This document shows, piece by piece, positions 1-9,200 of a DNA stretch of 27,065 nt (position 1 is its first letter; each line of letters opens with the position of its first letter). The DNA comes from a virus (Duplodnaviria > Caudoviricetes). A program made the position numbers and the translations under genes. The notes under the pieces are model-generated. The model was not told where the DNA came from. It saw only the letters and a list, made by a program, of their open reading frames with translations, and did no database searches. The stretch lies in IMG/VR virus record IMGVR_UViG_3300032232_000469, positions 1 to 27,065 of that record. One strand, written 5' to 3'.

Positions 1-2397
1 GGTGATCTTAATTTACACGCAGATAACAATGTCAATATACACGCAACAAAAGATTTAAAAATTCAAGCACAAAATATTCAAATCAATACTGAAACTAATT
101 ATAGTTTACGAGTTGGTGCAGAGTATCAAGCTTACACTGCCGGCAAACACACAACTAAAGCCGGTGGACCTTTAGCTATGGAAGCAGCAGGTGAGGCTTC
201 GTTAGTCTCAAGTGCAATTTCATATGTAAGTGGTTCTAAAGTAAATTTAAACACAGGCAAACCTTCAACTACTCCTGCTGAAGTACAAAAAATACCTATA
301 ATTGCACACACTGATACACTATTTGATAAAGAAAAGGGTTATGCTGCTGCACCAGGTAAATTAACTAGTATAACATCAAGAGCACCGGCCCATGCTCCTT
401 GGGCTCATGCATGTCAGGGTGTGGATGTAAAAGTAGATTTAACATCAGATGCGAACCTCCCACCGGCGCCCACAGCACCCATCGCAGATGCAAACCAAGC
501 AGCATCTACACCGGCAGTGCCAGTAAGTCAGGGCACAATTAGTGCTATGCCTGCAGCCGGAGCAGTTAGTGAATCGTTAGACAAAGATACTACTGCTGCA
601 ATGTTAGGAACAGCAGCTACGGCAGCAGCAGCAACCGCATCAGATGCAGTTAAACAAGGTACAGCCGTTGTTACTGATGCAGCAGGAAAAGCTCAAGCAG
701 TAGTAGGGCAATTTGCACTAACACCAAAACAATTAGAAACGGGTGGAGTATTAAAAACAGGCTCGGCTGACTTAGTTGATTACTTAATAGAAAGCGGAAC
801 ATCAATAGAAGATGCAATGACGAGCAACTTATTTACAGGTATGCCGGGTGCAGCTAATCTAAATCAACTTAAAGTAAATGTAGGCGCGCAAGCATCTTCA
901 CTGGTTACTAATTTACAGAAAGCGCAAACAGCATTGACCTCATCTGGTGCTATTACCGGCAAAGAAGCACCCACACAAATAGCCGGTGCTGTTATGTCAG
1001 TTGCTAATGAAGGGTTAGGAAAAACACTAACTGCTATTTCAGGATTATCAGGTAGCGGGGGAAATACTTCATTGCTTGGTGGTGCAGGCTTAGACACCTT
1101 GAAGAGCGGACCATTCAAATGGATTTCGTCGGGTAATTTTGCAGCAGGGTTAGCAAGTCTGAATTCTGGATTTGGTTCGCTAACTCAATCAGTGCAAGCA
1201 ATGTCAAAATCATTAGGATTATCTGATATAATATCACAAACAAAAGGTGCTGTAGCTGCCGCATTCGCAGCTATCACCGGTTCATTCAAATCATTTAAGC
1301 CTAATGTACCGCAAAATTTAAAGAAAATTGCAGAAGATGCAGCAAAACAAACATCAGAAAATGCAGCAAATCCGGTTGGTGATGGCGGCGGGTTACTAGA
1401 ATCAATTACAACTACTGCAAGTGATATAGCTACTGCAACCGGATCGATTGTATCAGGCATATCTAGAGGAATAGGAGATGTGTTATCAGGAGGTGCAGGA
1501 GGAATTGCAGGAGCTATCATTGGAGCTAAACTAGGAGATTCAGTAAGTGATACATTGGGTAACTCAGCGGGAACTGAACTTACTAATGCAGCGAACAACA
1601 CACTCAAAGATGTTGGAAATTCAATCACTAATCCAGTTGGTGCAGTTAATTCAATATTAGGTGGAGTTTCTGATATTGGATCTAAGACAGTATCAGCACT
1701 AAGCAACCCCGCAGCATCTATCGCTAGCGGACTTAATAAATTACCCGGGGGTCAGGGATCAGTTGCTCAACTAGTAGATAATGCAACTGGTGCATTATCA
1801 TCCACTGTTCCTGGTGTTGATAAGATAAAAGGCCTAATCAACAGCGCACAAACTTCTGCAATGAATGGGTTACCTGATTCAATTGGTGGAGTATTAGATG
1901 AAGCTGTTCAAGGACTAGCAGCATTAGCAAGTGTTGGATTACCAGCAGGAGCGGCAACACAATTACAAGCCGCTATATCTTCAGTAGGTGGGGGAAGTGC
2001 AGTGAAATTGCCTACTATAGCAGTGGGTACTAATAACAGAGCATCAGTATCTACTTCTGTAGATAACGTAATAGGTGATCCTAAAATACCTAGTCCAAAA
2101 TATGACGGTAAGCCTCCTGCTGCTACAGAGATTATACCTAGTAGTGCGGAACTTGATAAATTGGACGAAGAGTACGAGGCAGCTAAAAAAGCTTATTATA
2201 AGTATAAAAAAGAAGTTTGGGATCCATTGGACAAAGAAAAACAAATACTTTTGAAAACGACGGTGAAGGGCGATCCAAAACGAGAAGAGTGGAATAAACG
2301 AGGTCCTGTAGCAGGCACCGAATTGGTACGATTAGCTGATGACGCGAACCGCAAACTTGCGGTGTGGCGTGCGGCATATCTTAATAGCATATCTTAA
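1..2397 (+). CDS. Baseplate hub/central spike protein, T4 gp5 / VgrG-like, 5'-truncated by the window edge, with a long Ala/Gly/Ser-rich C-terminal extension
   Basis: Frame 1 is open from base 1 (GDLNLHADNNVNIHATKDLKIQAQNIQINTETNYSLRVGAEYQAYTAGKHTTKAGGPLA, then M at 178), so the ORF-track start at 178 is internal. The short alternating beta-strand repeats ending ...GSKVNLN resemble the gp5/VgrG triple beta-helix. It lies directly upstream of gp25- and gp6-like genes. Stop TAA at 2395-2397. Confidence 0.75.
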   Translation, partial: GDLNLHADNNVNIHATKDLKIQAQNIQINTETNYSLRVGAEYQAYTAGKHTTKAGGPLAMEAAGEASLVSSAISYVSGSKVNLNTGKPSTTPAEVQKIPIIAHTDTLFDKEKGYAAAPGKLTSITSRAPAHAPWAHACQGVDVKVDLTSDANLPPAPTAPIADANQAASTPAVPVSQGTISAMPAAGAVSESLDKDTTAAMLGTAATAAAATASDAVKQGTAVVTDAAGKAQAVVGQFALTPKQLETGGVLKTGSADLVDYLIESGTSIEDAMTSNLFTGMPGAANLNQLKVNVGAQASSLVTNLQKAQTALTSSGAITGKEAPTQIAGAVMSVANEGLGKTLTAISGLSGSGGNTSLLGGAGLDTLKSGPFKWISSGNFAAGLASLNSGFGSLTQSVQAMSKSLGLSDIISQTKGAVAAAFAAITGSFKSFKPNVPQNLKKIAEDAAKQTSENAANPVGDGGGLLESITTTASDIATATGSIVSGISRGIGDVLSGGAGGIAGAIIGAKLGDSVSDTLGNSAGTELTNAANNTLKDVGNSITNPVGAVNSILGGVSDIGSKTVSALSNPAASIASGLNKLPGGQGSVAQLVDNATGALSSTVPGVDKIKGLINSAQTSAMNGLPDSIGGVLDEAVQGLAALASVGLPAGAATQLQAAISSVGGGSAVKLPTIAVGTNNRASVSTSVDNVIGDPKIPSPKYDGKPPAATEIIPSSAELDKLDEEYEAAKKAYYKYKKEVWDPLDKEKQILLKTTVKGDPKREEWNKRGPVAGTELVRLADDANRKLAVWRAAYLNSIS

Positions 2398-2416
2398 GGC
2401 AAAGTGATATTAAAAG

Positions 2417-2424
2417 GATAAATA
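2417..2424 (+). promoter_or_regulatory. Putative late promoter GATAAATA (T4 late -10 box TATAAATA variant)
   Basis: Exact GATAAATA ending 6 nt before the ATG at 2431. The same octamer is present in all four intergenic gaps. Confidence 0.7.
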
Positions 2425-2430
2425 CAATAT

Positions 2431-2883
2431 ATGCCACAATACATTGGTTTCAGTACAATTAATGCTAATCAACCAAAATCCACTAACCGCATTGCTAGTA
2501 ATGCAGGTGGGTTTGGTGGTATAGTTTCTCCTATCGTGCCGGGCAAGAAGTATCGTTTACTAGATGAAAATTTAGTAGTGCAAGACTTTATCAATGCATT
2601 AAACATTATGCAGGGACAAAAAGTAGGACAACCTGAATATGGTTGCCGTCTTTGGTCTTTTGTATTTGAACCCAACACCGCAGATACTCAAATGCAAATA
2701 GAAGCTGAAATGCGTAGAGTTGGTAGCTTAGATCCTAGACTTATCTTAGATTATATCCGAGTTTACCCGCAAGATCACGGTATATTATTAGAAGTTCAAA
2801 TGGCTATAGCTCCATTCAATAATCCTGCTATATACAATATCTTTTTTGACCCTAATCTAAACAAAGCTATCTTAAAACAGTAA
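2431..2883 (+). CDS. gp25: Baseplate wedge subunit, T4 gp25 / GPW_gp25 family (150 aa)
   Basis: Size and motifs fit: LVVQDFINALNIMQGQKVGQPEYGCRLWSFVFEP matches the family pattern 'GER...PEFG..L..LLFEP', followed by 'DPRL'. Synteny gp5-gp25-gp6. Confidence 0.9.
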   Translation: MPQYIGFSTINANQPKSTNRIASNAGGFGGIVSPIVPGKKYRLLDENLVVQDFINALNIMQGQKVGQPEYGCRLWSFVFEPNTADTQMQIEAEMRRVGSLDPRLILDYIRVYPQDHGILLEVQMAIAPFNNPAIYNIFFDPNLNKAILKQ

Positions 2884-2912
2884 ATTTCTTAAAAACTTGG
2901 TTTTTCAGTAAT

Positions 2913-2920
2913 GATAAATA
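2913..2920 (+). promoter_or_regulatory. Putative late promoter GATAAATA
   Basis: Exact octamer in the 58-nt gap, ending 21 nt upstream of ATG 2942. Confidence 0.7.
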
Positions 2921-2941
2921 CTTGATTGAAAGAGATTTACT

Positions 2942-5900
2942 ATGGCTACATCATCCCGACAATCCGGCCTATTTGGGGTCAACGACTGGAAGACTATATA
3001 TCAGACTTTCAGGGAAGCCGATTTTCGTAGCTTCGATTATGAGACACTGAGAAAAAGTTTCATAGATTACTTACGCAGCTATTATCCTGAGACATTTAAT
3101 GATTACATCGAAAGCTCTGAGTTTATTGCTCTGCTTGATGTTATGGCTTTCATGGGTCAGGGACTTGCATTTAGAAACGACTTAAACAGCCGCGAAAACT
3201 TTATTGATACTGCTGAACGTAGAGACTCAGTAATTAAACTAGCTAATTTGGTTAGCTATACTCCAAAACGTAACTTAACAGCACAGGGATACTTGAAAGT
3301 AGTTGGCGTTACTACTACTGAAAATATGCTCGATTTAAACGGTATCAATCTTAGCAATTTGCCTATTCTTTGGAATGACCCAGCGAACACATATTGGTTA
3401 GAACAGTTTAACACTGTTATTAATGCTGCTCTAATAAACACACAACGTATAGGTAAGCCGGGCAACGTTGCTGATCTTCTAGGTGTAACTACTAGCGAAT
3501 ATGCTATAAATATTCCGCAATCATCACTACCAATTGCACCATTTAACTCTACTGTTGATGGTATCAATATGAATTTTGAATTAGTTAGTGTAACTAGTTT
3601 AGATGAAGATTATTTGTATGAGATACCACCCGCACCAACTGGAAAGTTTAATATACTTTATCGTAATGACAAGTTGGGTTACGGTAGTCCAAACACAGGT
3701 TTCTTTTTCTACTTTAAACAGGGATCATTGCAAACATACGATTTTACTTTACAACAACAAATATCGAACCAAACGGTAGATATCAATATTCAAGGTATCA
3801 ACAATACAGACACTTGGTTATACCAACTAAACAACAACAATAATACTAGAGTGATTTGGGAAAAAGTTGATAGTGTTTATGCAGATGCATATCTTCAAAC
3901 TGAGTTGTCAAACAGAGAAATCTTTTCTGTAACATCTCGCTTCAACGATCAAGTAACTTATGTATTTGGTGATGGTGTTTTCTCAAAGATACCAGTTGGC
4001 AACTTCAGAGCTTATGTTCGTGCAGGCAATGCATTAACATATACAATTGATCAAACTGAAATGCAAGGTGTTACAGTTGCATTCACCTATGTAAGCAGAT
4101 TGAATCGTGCTGAAACTATTACATTTAGTTTACAACTTGAAACTCCGGTATCAAATGCACAAGCAAGAGAACCTATTACTGAGATCAAACAACGCGCTCC
4201 TACTCGCTATTACACTCAGAACAGAATGGTAAACGGAGAAGACTATAACAATTTCCCTTACACGCTGTATAGTTCAATTATCAAGAGTAAAGCCATTAAC
4301 AGAAGTTCAATTGGTGTATCTAAAAATTTAGATTTATTAGACCCAACTGGAAAATATTCAAGCACTAATTCATTTGGTGATGATGGAGCACTGTGGGAAG
4401 ATAACACTGTTGGTAGTTTGTTACTTAATATCAATAACTCAAGCGATATCATATCTTTCTTGACAAATACACTGTCTGCACAATTAGCCGGTAGTCGATC
4501 CGTTCAATACTATCTTGCTAATTCAAGTGTAGGTGGGTGGTATGGAAGATATAATATTAACGCAGCAAGCGGCGACGGCACTATATATTGGCAAACAAGT
4601 ACAGTAGATGCTAATTCAGTTACTGGTTATTTTTATACCATATCCGGTAACGTAAAAACTCCAGTTCAAATTGGACCTGTATCAACACATAACGCCAGGT
4701 ATGTAACTGTTGGTGCTATGATTTATTTGGGCAGCGCATGGACTACAGTATTAAATGTTATAGGCGACGGAACAAATGACGGAGAGGGAGCCTTTCCTAA
4801 CGGGTCTGGACCAGTCACATTAAATGGAAGTATTTCTTCAGGTGGAATACTAACGCAAGTTATACCTGTGTTTGATAATTCTCTTCCGATTGAAATTATA
4901 CAAGAATGTATTTCTAGAATGGAGCTGCAACAAGATTTTGCACTTAGATTCAATAACTCATTAGCTATTGATCAAATTCGCTGGTCAATCACACCGGTTG
5001 ACGCAGACAATACATTTGTAGTGTTTACTAGTTACGGCGGTAATAGATATATTGTTACATACAATAACCTAACTTATTACTTTGGTAGTGTAGCAGATAC
5101 TAGGTTTACGCTATCACCTAACGAATTGGTGTATGATCCTTTTAGTGGAAAAATCATACAAGACTTTATTAATATATTACCTATTAATACGCAGCCTACT
5201 AATAGCACTGCATTAGGTGCAGATTTTAGATTAAACATATTAGGTCAAACAGTTGAATCTGATGGATATGTCAATGACTACGAAGTAGAAGTTGCATACA
5301 CCGATGTCAACAATAACTCAATATTTTTAGATCCAGGTTTCTTTACAGCAGTTACTGGTAATGGATACACGTTCTTTGAATTAGTTCAAGATGCTATTAA
5401 TTTAACTAGATATCAACTAGTGCCCTCTACCGATGTACAATACCAATATGCTACTAAGAACAACGTTGAAGTAGTTAAGTATGAATATCCTGAAGGGCAG
5501 TTGTTTTATGCGTATAGTGATAATATATTTTATATTACCCAACAAGATCCTACAATAACTACTCCATATTATGTATTAGTAGAACAGCCGCAATATTCAG
5601 TAGAAACCGGCAGACAGGGTTTCTACTTTCAGTATCGCCACAATTCAAACAACACAACAAGAATTGATCCGGCTACTACAAACATCATTGATTTGTATGT
5701 AGTGACACAGGCGTATTATACTTCGTATCAAAATTGGATTCAAGATGTAACAAATACTGTACCAGAACCCGATCGCCCAACAATTAATGAATTAACTCAA
5801 GCATATGGTCAAGTTCAAGATTACAAAATGCTGTCGGATTCTGTCATATTAAATAGTGTTGTGTTTAAGCCGTTGTTTGGACCTAAAGCAGTTCCTGCAC

Positions 5901-6241
5901 TACGAGCTACAATAAAAGTCATTAAGTCTTCATCGACTAATGCAAGTGATAGTGAAATCAGGAGCGCTGTGTTGTCTGCAATGAATGCTTACTTTAATGT
6001 TAATAATTGGAATTTTGGAGATACCTTTTATTTCTCTGAATTAAGTGCATACTTACATTCTGAATGCGGAGAACTAGTTAGTTCAGCGGTGCTAGTATCT
6101 AATGACCCAACTAAACCATTTGGAGACTTATATGAAATAAAGTGCATGCCTTATGAGATATTTGTTAACGCTGCAACAGCAGCAGACGTTTTGGTAATTC
6201 CGGCATTGACTCCGGCTGAACTACAAGTAAGAGCAACATGA
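2942..6241 (+). CDS. gp6: Baseplate wedge subunit, T4 gp6 / BaseplateJ-like (1099 aa)
   Basis: gp6-type motifs: FDYETLRKSFIDYL, FNDYIESSEFIALLDVMA, ENFIDTAERRDSVIKLANLVSYTPKR, VFGDGVFSKIP, EPITEIKQRAPTRYYTQNRMVNGEDY, and C-terminal WNFGDTFYFSEL. Confidence 0.9.
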   Translation: MATSSRQSGLFGVNDWKTIYQTFREADFRSFDYETLRKSFIDYLRSYYPETFNDYIESSEFIALLDVMAFMGQGLAFRNDLNSRENFIDTAERRDSVIKLANLVSYTPKRNLTAQGYLKVVGVTTTENMLDLNGINLSNLPILWNDPANTYWLEQFNTVINAALINTQRIGKPGNVADLLGVTTSEYAINIPQSSLPIAPFNSTVDGINMNFELVSVTSLDEDYLYEIPPAPTGKFNILYRNDKLGYGSPNTGFFFYFKQGSLQTYDFTLQQQISNQTVDINIQGINNTDTWLYQLNNNNNTRVIWEKVDSVYADAYLQTELSNREIFSVTSRFNDQVTYVFGDGVFSKIPVGNFRAYVRAGNALTYTIDQTEMQGVTVAFTYVSRLNRAETITFSLQLETPVSNAQAREPITEIKQRAPTRYYTQNRMVNGEDYNNFPYTLYSSIIKSKAINRSSIGVSKNLDLLDPTGKYSSTNSFGDDGALWEDNTVGSLLLNINNSSDIISFLTNTLSAQLAGSRSVQYYLANSSVGGWYGRYNINAASGDGTIYWQTSTVDANSVTGYFYTISGNVKTPVQIGPVSTHNARYVTVGAMIYLGSAWTTVLNVIGDGTNDGEGAFPNGSGPVTLNGSISSGGILTQVIPVFDNSLPIEIIQECISRMELQQDFALRFNNSLAIDQIRWSITPVDADNTFVVFTSYGGNRYIVTYNNLTYYFGSVADTRFTLSPNELVYDPFSGKIIQDFINILPINTQPTNSTALGADFRLNILGQTVESDGYVNDYEVEVAYTDVNNNSIFLDPGFFTAVTGNGYTFFELVQDAINLTRYQLVPSTDVQYQYATKNNVEVVKYEYPEGQLFYAYSDNIFYITQQDPTITTPYYVLVEQPQYSVETGRQGFYFQYRHNSNNTTRIDPATTNIIDLYVVTQAYYTSYQNWIQDVTNTVPEPDRPTINELTQAYGQVQDYKMLSDSVILNSVVFKPLFGPKAVPALRATIKVIKSSSTNASDSEIRSAVLSAMNAYFNVNNWNFGDTFYFSELSAYLHSECGELVSSAVLVSNDPTKPFGDLYEIKCMPYEIFVNAATAADVLVIPALTPAELQVRAT

Positions 6242-9200
6242 GAATAAGAACACTTAATTTTTTACCAGAAATATTTCAAACACCGACTAACCGTCAGTTT
6301 TTGGCAGCAACACTAGACCAGCTAGTTAATCCGCCTGTAACACAGAAAATTCAAGGGTACATTGGAAGTAGATTTGGACGTGGTGTAAACGCCAATGACT
6401 ATTATGTACCAGAGCCAACTAAAACTAGAACTGATTATCAGTTAGATCCTGGCGTAGTATTTACAAAGTATAATGAATCAGTAGCTAAAGATTTTATTAG
6501 CTATCCGGGTATTATTGATGCCCTCAAAGAACAGGGCGGCGTAACCGAAAACAATAGTCGCTTATTCAATAGTGAATTTTATTCTTGGGATTCGTTCACT
6601 AGTCTCGACAAACTAATTAACTTTAATGAATACTACTGGATACCAACAGGTCTGCCTGCAGTTGTTGTTGGGAATGACACCGTTTTTTCTCAAGAAGATT
6701 ATACAGTACTTGATCAAACCAATACATATGGTATTTCCCCAACTGATCAGCCTGCAACAACATATAACCCACCTCTTACTTTATTAAGGGGCGGCACATA
6801 TACTTTTGCAGTAGATCAATCTACACAATTTTGGATTCAGGGAGAGCCCGGTACTTCAGGTTACTCTGCTATTAACCCCAATCAGTATGTAAGAAATATC
6901 TTAGGCGTTACTAATAACGGAGCAACAACCGGTACAGTTACTTTTACTGTACCATATAAGGATGCACAAAATGAATATTTGTTCCCTGGAAATAATACAG
7001 TAACATTAGCTACTAACTTAACCTTTGCTCAGGTTAACGGTGTACAATTGTCTACATTGGGTGATATTGATGGTGTAACCGCACTTGAAAATCTTACTCT
7101 AATGTTCTATAACGGAACTACGCAAACTGATTTCTATACCATTACATACACAGGTGCCCCAACTAATCCAACTATTGCGTTAGTTGCAGCCAGTGGCATT
7201 CCTGTAAACGAAAAGATTACCGTTACTGTGGGAAATACTTACGGTGGACTAACTTTTTATAGAGACAGTTTGGGTAATATTGCAGAAGTTCCTTACTTAA
7301 GTTCAACACTCAACACATTGTATTATCAGGATGGAACAACATCTACTAAAGTTGGTGTAATTCGATTAATAGAAAGTAATTATAACGATGAGTTAGATGT
7401 TGATACTGACATTATTGGTCAACCCACATATACTTCACTCAACGGAGTACAATTTACTAATGGATTAAAAGTAACATTCCAAGGTGATGTATTTCCCACT
7501 TCATATCTTAACAGTGAATATTATGTAGAGGGAGTTGGTACTGCAATAGAACTTATCCCAGTTAGTGATTTGGATTGTCCGGAAGATTTTACAACTAGCA
7601 TTCTTCAGCCGTTCGATTCTATACCGTACGACACAAGCAACTATGATGCTTCTTTATATGTACCAACTGAAAAGGATTACATCACAATAGCTAGAAATGC
7701 AATCAACAGAAACGCATGGTCAAGAAGTAATCGCTGGTTTCACATAGCTGTAATTAATGCAACCGCAACTTATAATAACGCTCCTGCGATTGCTACCACA
7801 TATGCAACACAAGAGAATAAAGCAAATCGTCCAATAATTGAATTCTACCCTAATTTAAAGATGTTCAATTCGGGCACAGAGGGTAAGGGATTTGTAGATT
7901 TCTTAGATACAAGAGCTACTGATGCATTTAATCAAGTAAATGGGCAAATAACTTATTTCCCTGATGTTCAGGTTTACACTGGTTACTCTGCAACAATGAC
8001 TGGCGTGACTGCTGGAACTAGTACTACTATTACAGTTCTAAAAAGCGCAGTAACAGGAACCTTCACGGTAAATCAATACATAAATGATTCTGATAATATC
8101 TTACCGTTTGATGCAATAATTACCGCTATCTCAGAAACCACTACCACACTAACGCTAACGGTTGAGTGGGCCGCAGCAATTACATTTGCTACTACGTATA
8201 ATCTTTCATTTATAGCAGATGACATTAGCAATGCCAACTATCAAGTGTTTGATGGGGCAACAATCATATTTGCAAATGATACTAGCGTTAATAATAAAAT
8301 TTATGTAATTAACTTTTCTACTTTTACCGCATTAGGTCAACCAGTAATTACGCTTACTGAAATTCCAAACGGAGAAGTATTGATAGCAGATCAAGTTGTA
8401 ATTACTAGGGGTTACAACGCAGCAGGCAAAACATATTATTACGATGGTTCATACGTAGAAGCGCAGCAAAAGATTACAGTTAACCAGCCCCCGCTGTTTG
8501 ACGTTTTAGATTCAAATGGTGTAAGTTTTGGTGATCAAACAGTATATCCTAGTTCATCATTTAACGGTAGCAAGTTGTTTGCATACGGTATTGGTGCAGG
8601 GGTAGATGACATTGTTTTAGGATTTCCGCTGCGTTATAGTTCTGTAAATAACATAGGTGATATAAGCTTTGATGTATCCTTAAACAAAGATACTTTCACA
8701 TATGTTAGCAACTCAACTCCTTTCACATTGGCTGTTAACACCGGTTACGTTTATAACTATAGCACAAGAGTTGCTTATACTAGAGAGCTTGGTTGGAAAA
8801 CTGCGATAGGTGAAAGTGTACAATATCAAATCTTTGAATTCGAATATGATGCATTAGTTCCTGCACTATCTTATACGTGCGATGTAGCAGCATTAGATAG
8901 CACTGAGTCACCGTGGCCAACAGTGTTTGTGTATGTTAATAATGAAATTGTTAACAAAGATTCTTATACAGTAACCAAAACTGCAACATCAACTACTATT
9001 ACATATTCGTTAGATAGTCCAGTTGATACAGTAGTTCAAGTGTTATTATTAAGTGATCAAGTAAGTAAAACTGCTTACTATGGTATACCAATTAATTTAA
9101 ATAACAACCCGTTCAATAGTAACATTACTGAAGCAAATACAGGTGATATACGTGGTCAATATCAAAGTATATTCTACAATAATCCAAATTCAAGTGGAAA

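Noticed and set aside
178-180. ORF-track start codon for the first gene
   Set aside because: The frame is open back to base 1 with spike-like beta-helix sequence, so the true start is upstream of the window.
2348-2363. Hairpin ACCGCA-AACT-TGCGGT near the 3' end of the spike gene
   Set aside because: It is a 6-bp stem inside coding sequence with no U-tract and is compatible with chance. There is no template repeat or reverse transcriptase in the window to support a DGR role.
2891-2905. Inverted repeat AAAAAC-TTG-GTTTTT after the gp25-like stop
   Set aside because: The stem is almost all A-T with a 3-nt loop, too weak to call a terminator.
3505-3512. Perfect T4 late box TATAAATA inside the gp6-like gene
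   Set aside because: It is intragenic with no plausible downstream gene start, and one chance occurrence is unsurprising in AT-rich DNA.
3830-3844. AAC/AAT run encoding NNNNN in the gp6-like gene
   Set aside because: It is a short, impure, in-frame trinucleotide run with no evidence for phase variation.
1-6241. Bacterial T6SS or extracellular contractile injection system locus
   Set aside because: The gp6-like protein has T4-type motifs rather than TssF/Afp11-type organisation, and T4-like late boxes and phage fibre genes are present, so a phage origin fits better.
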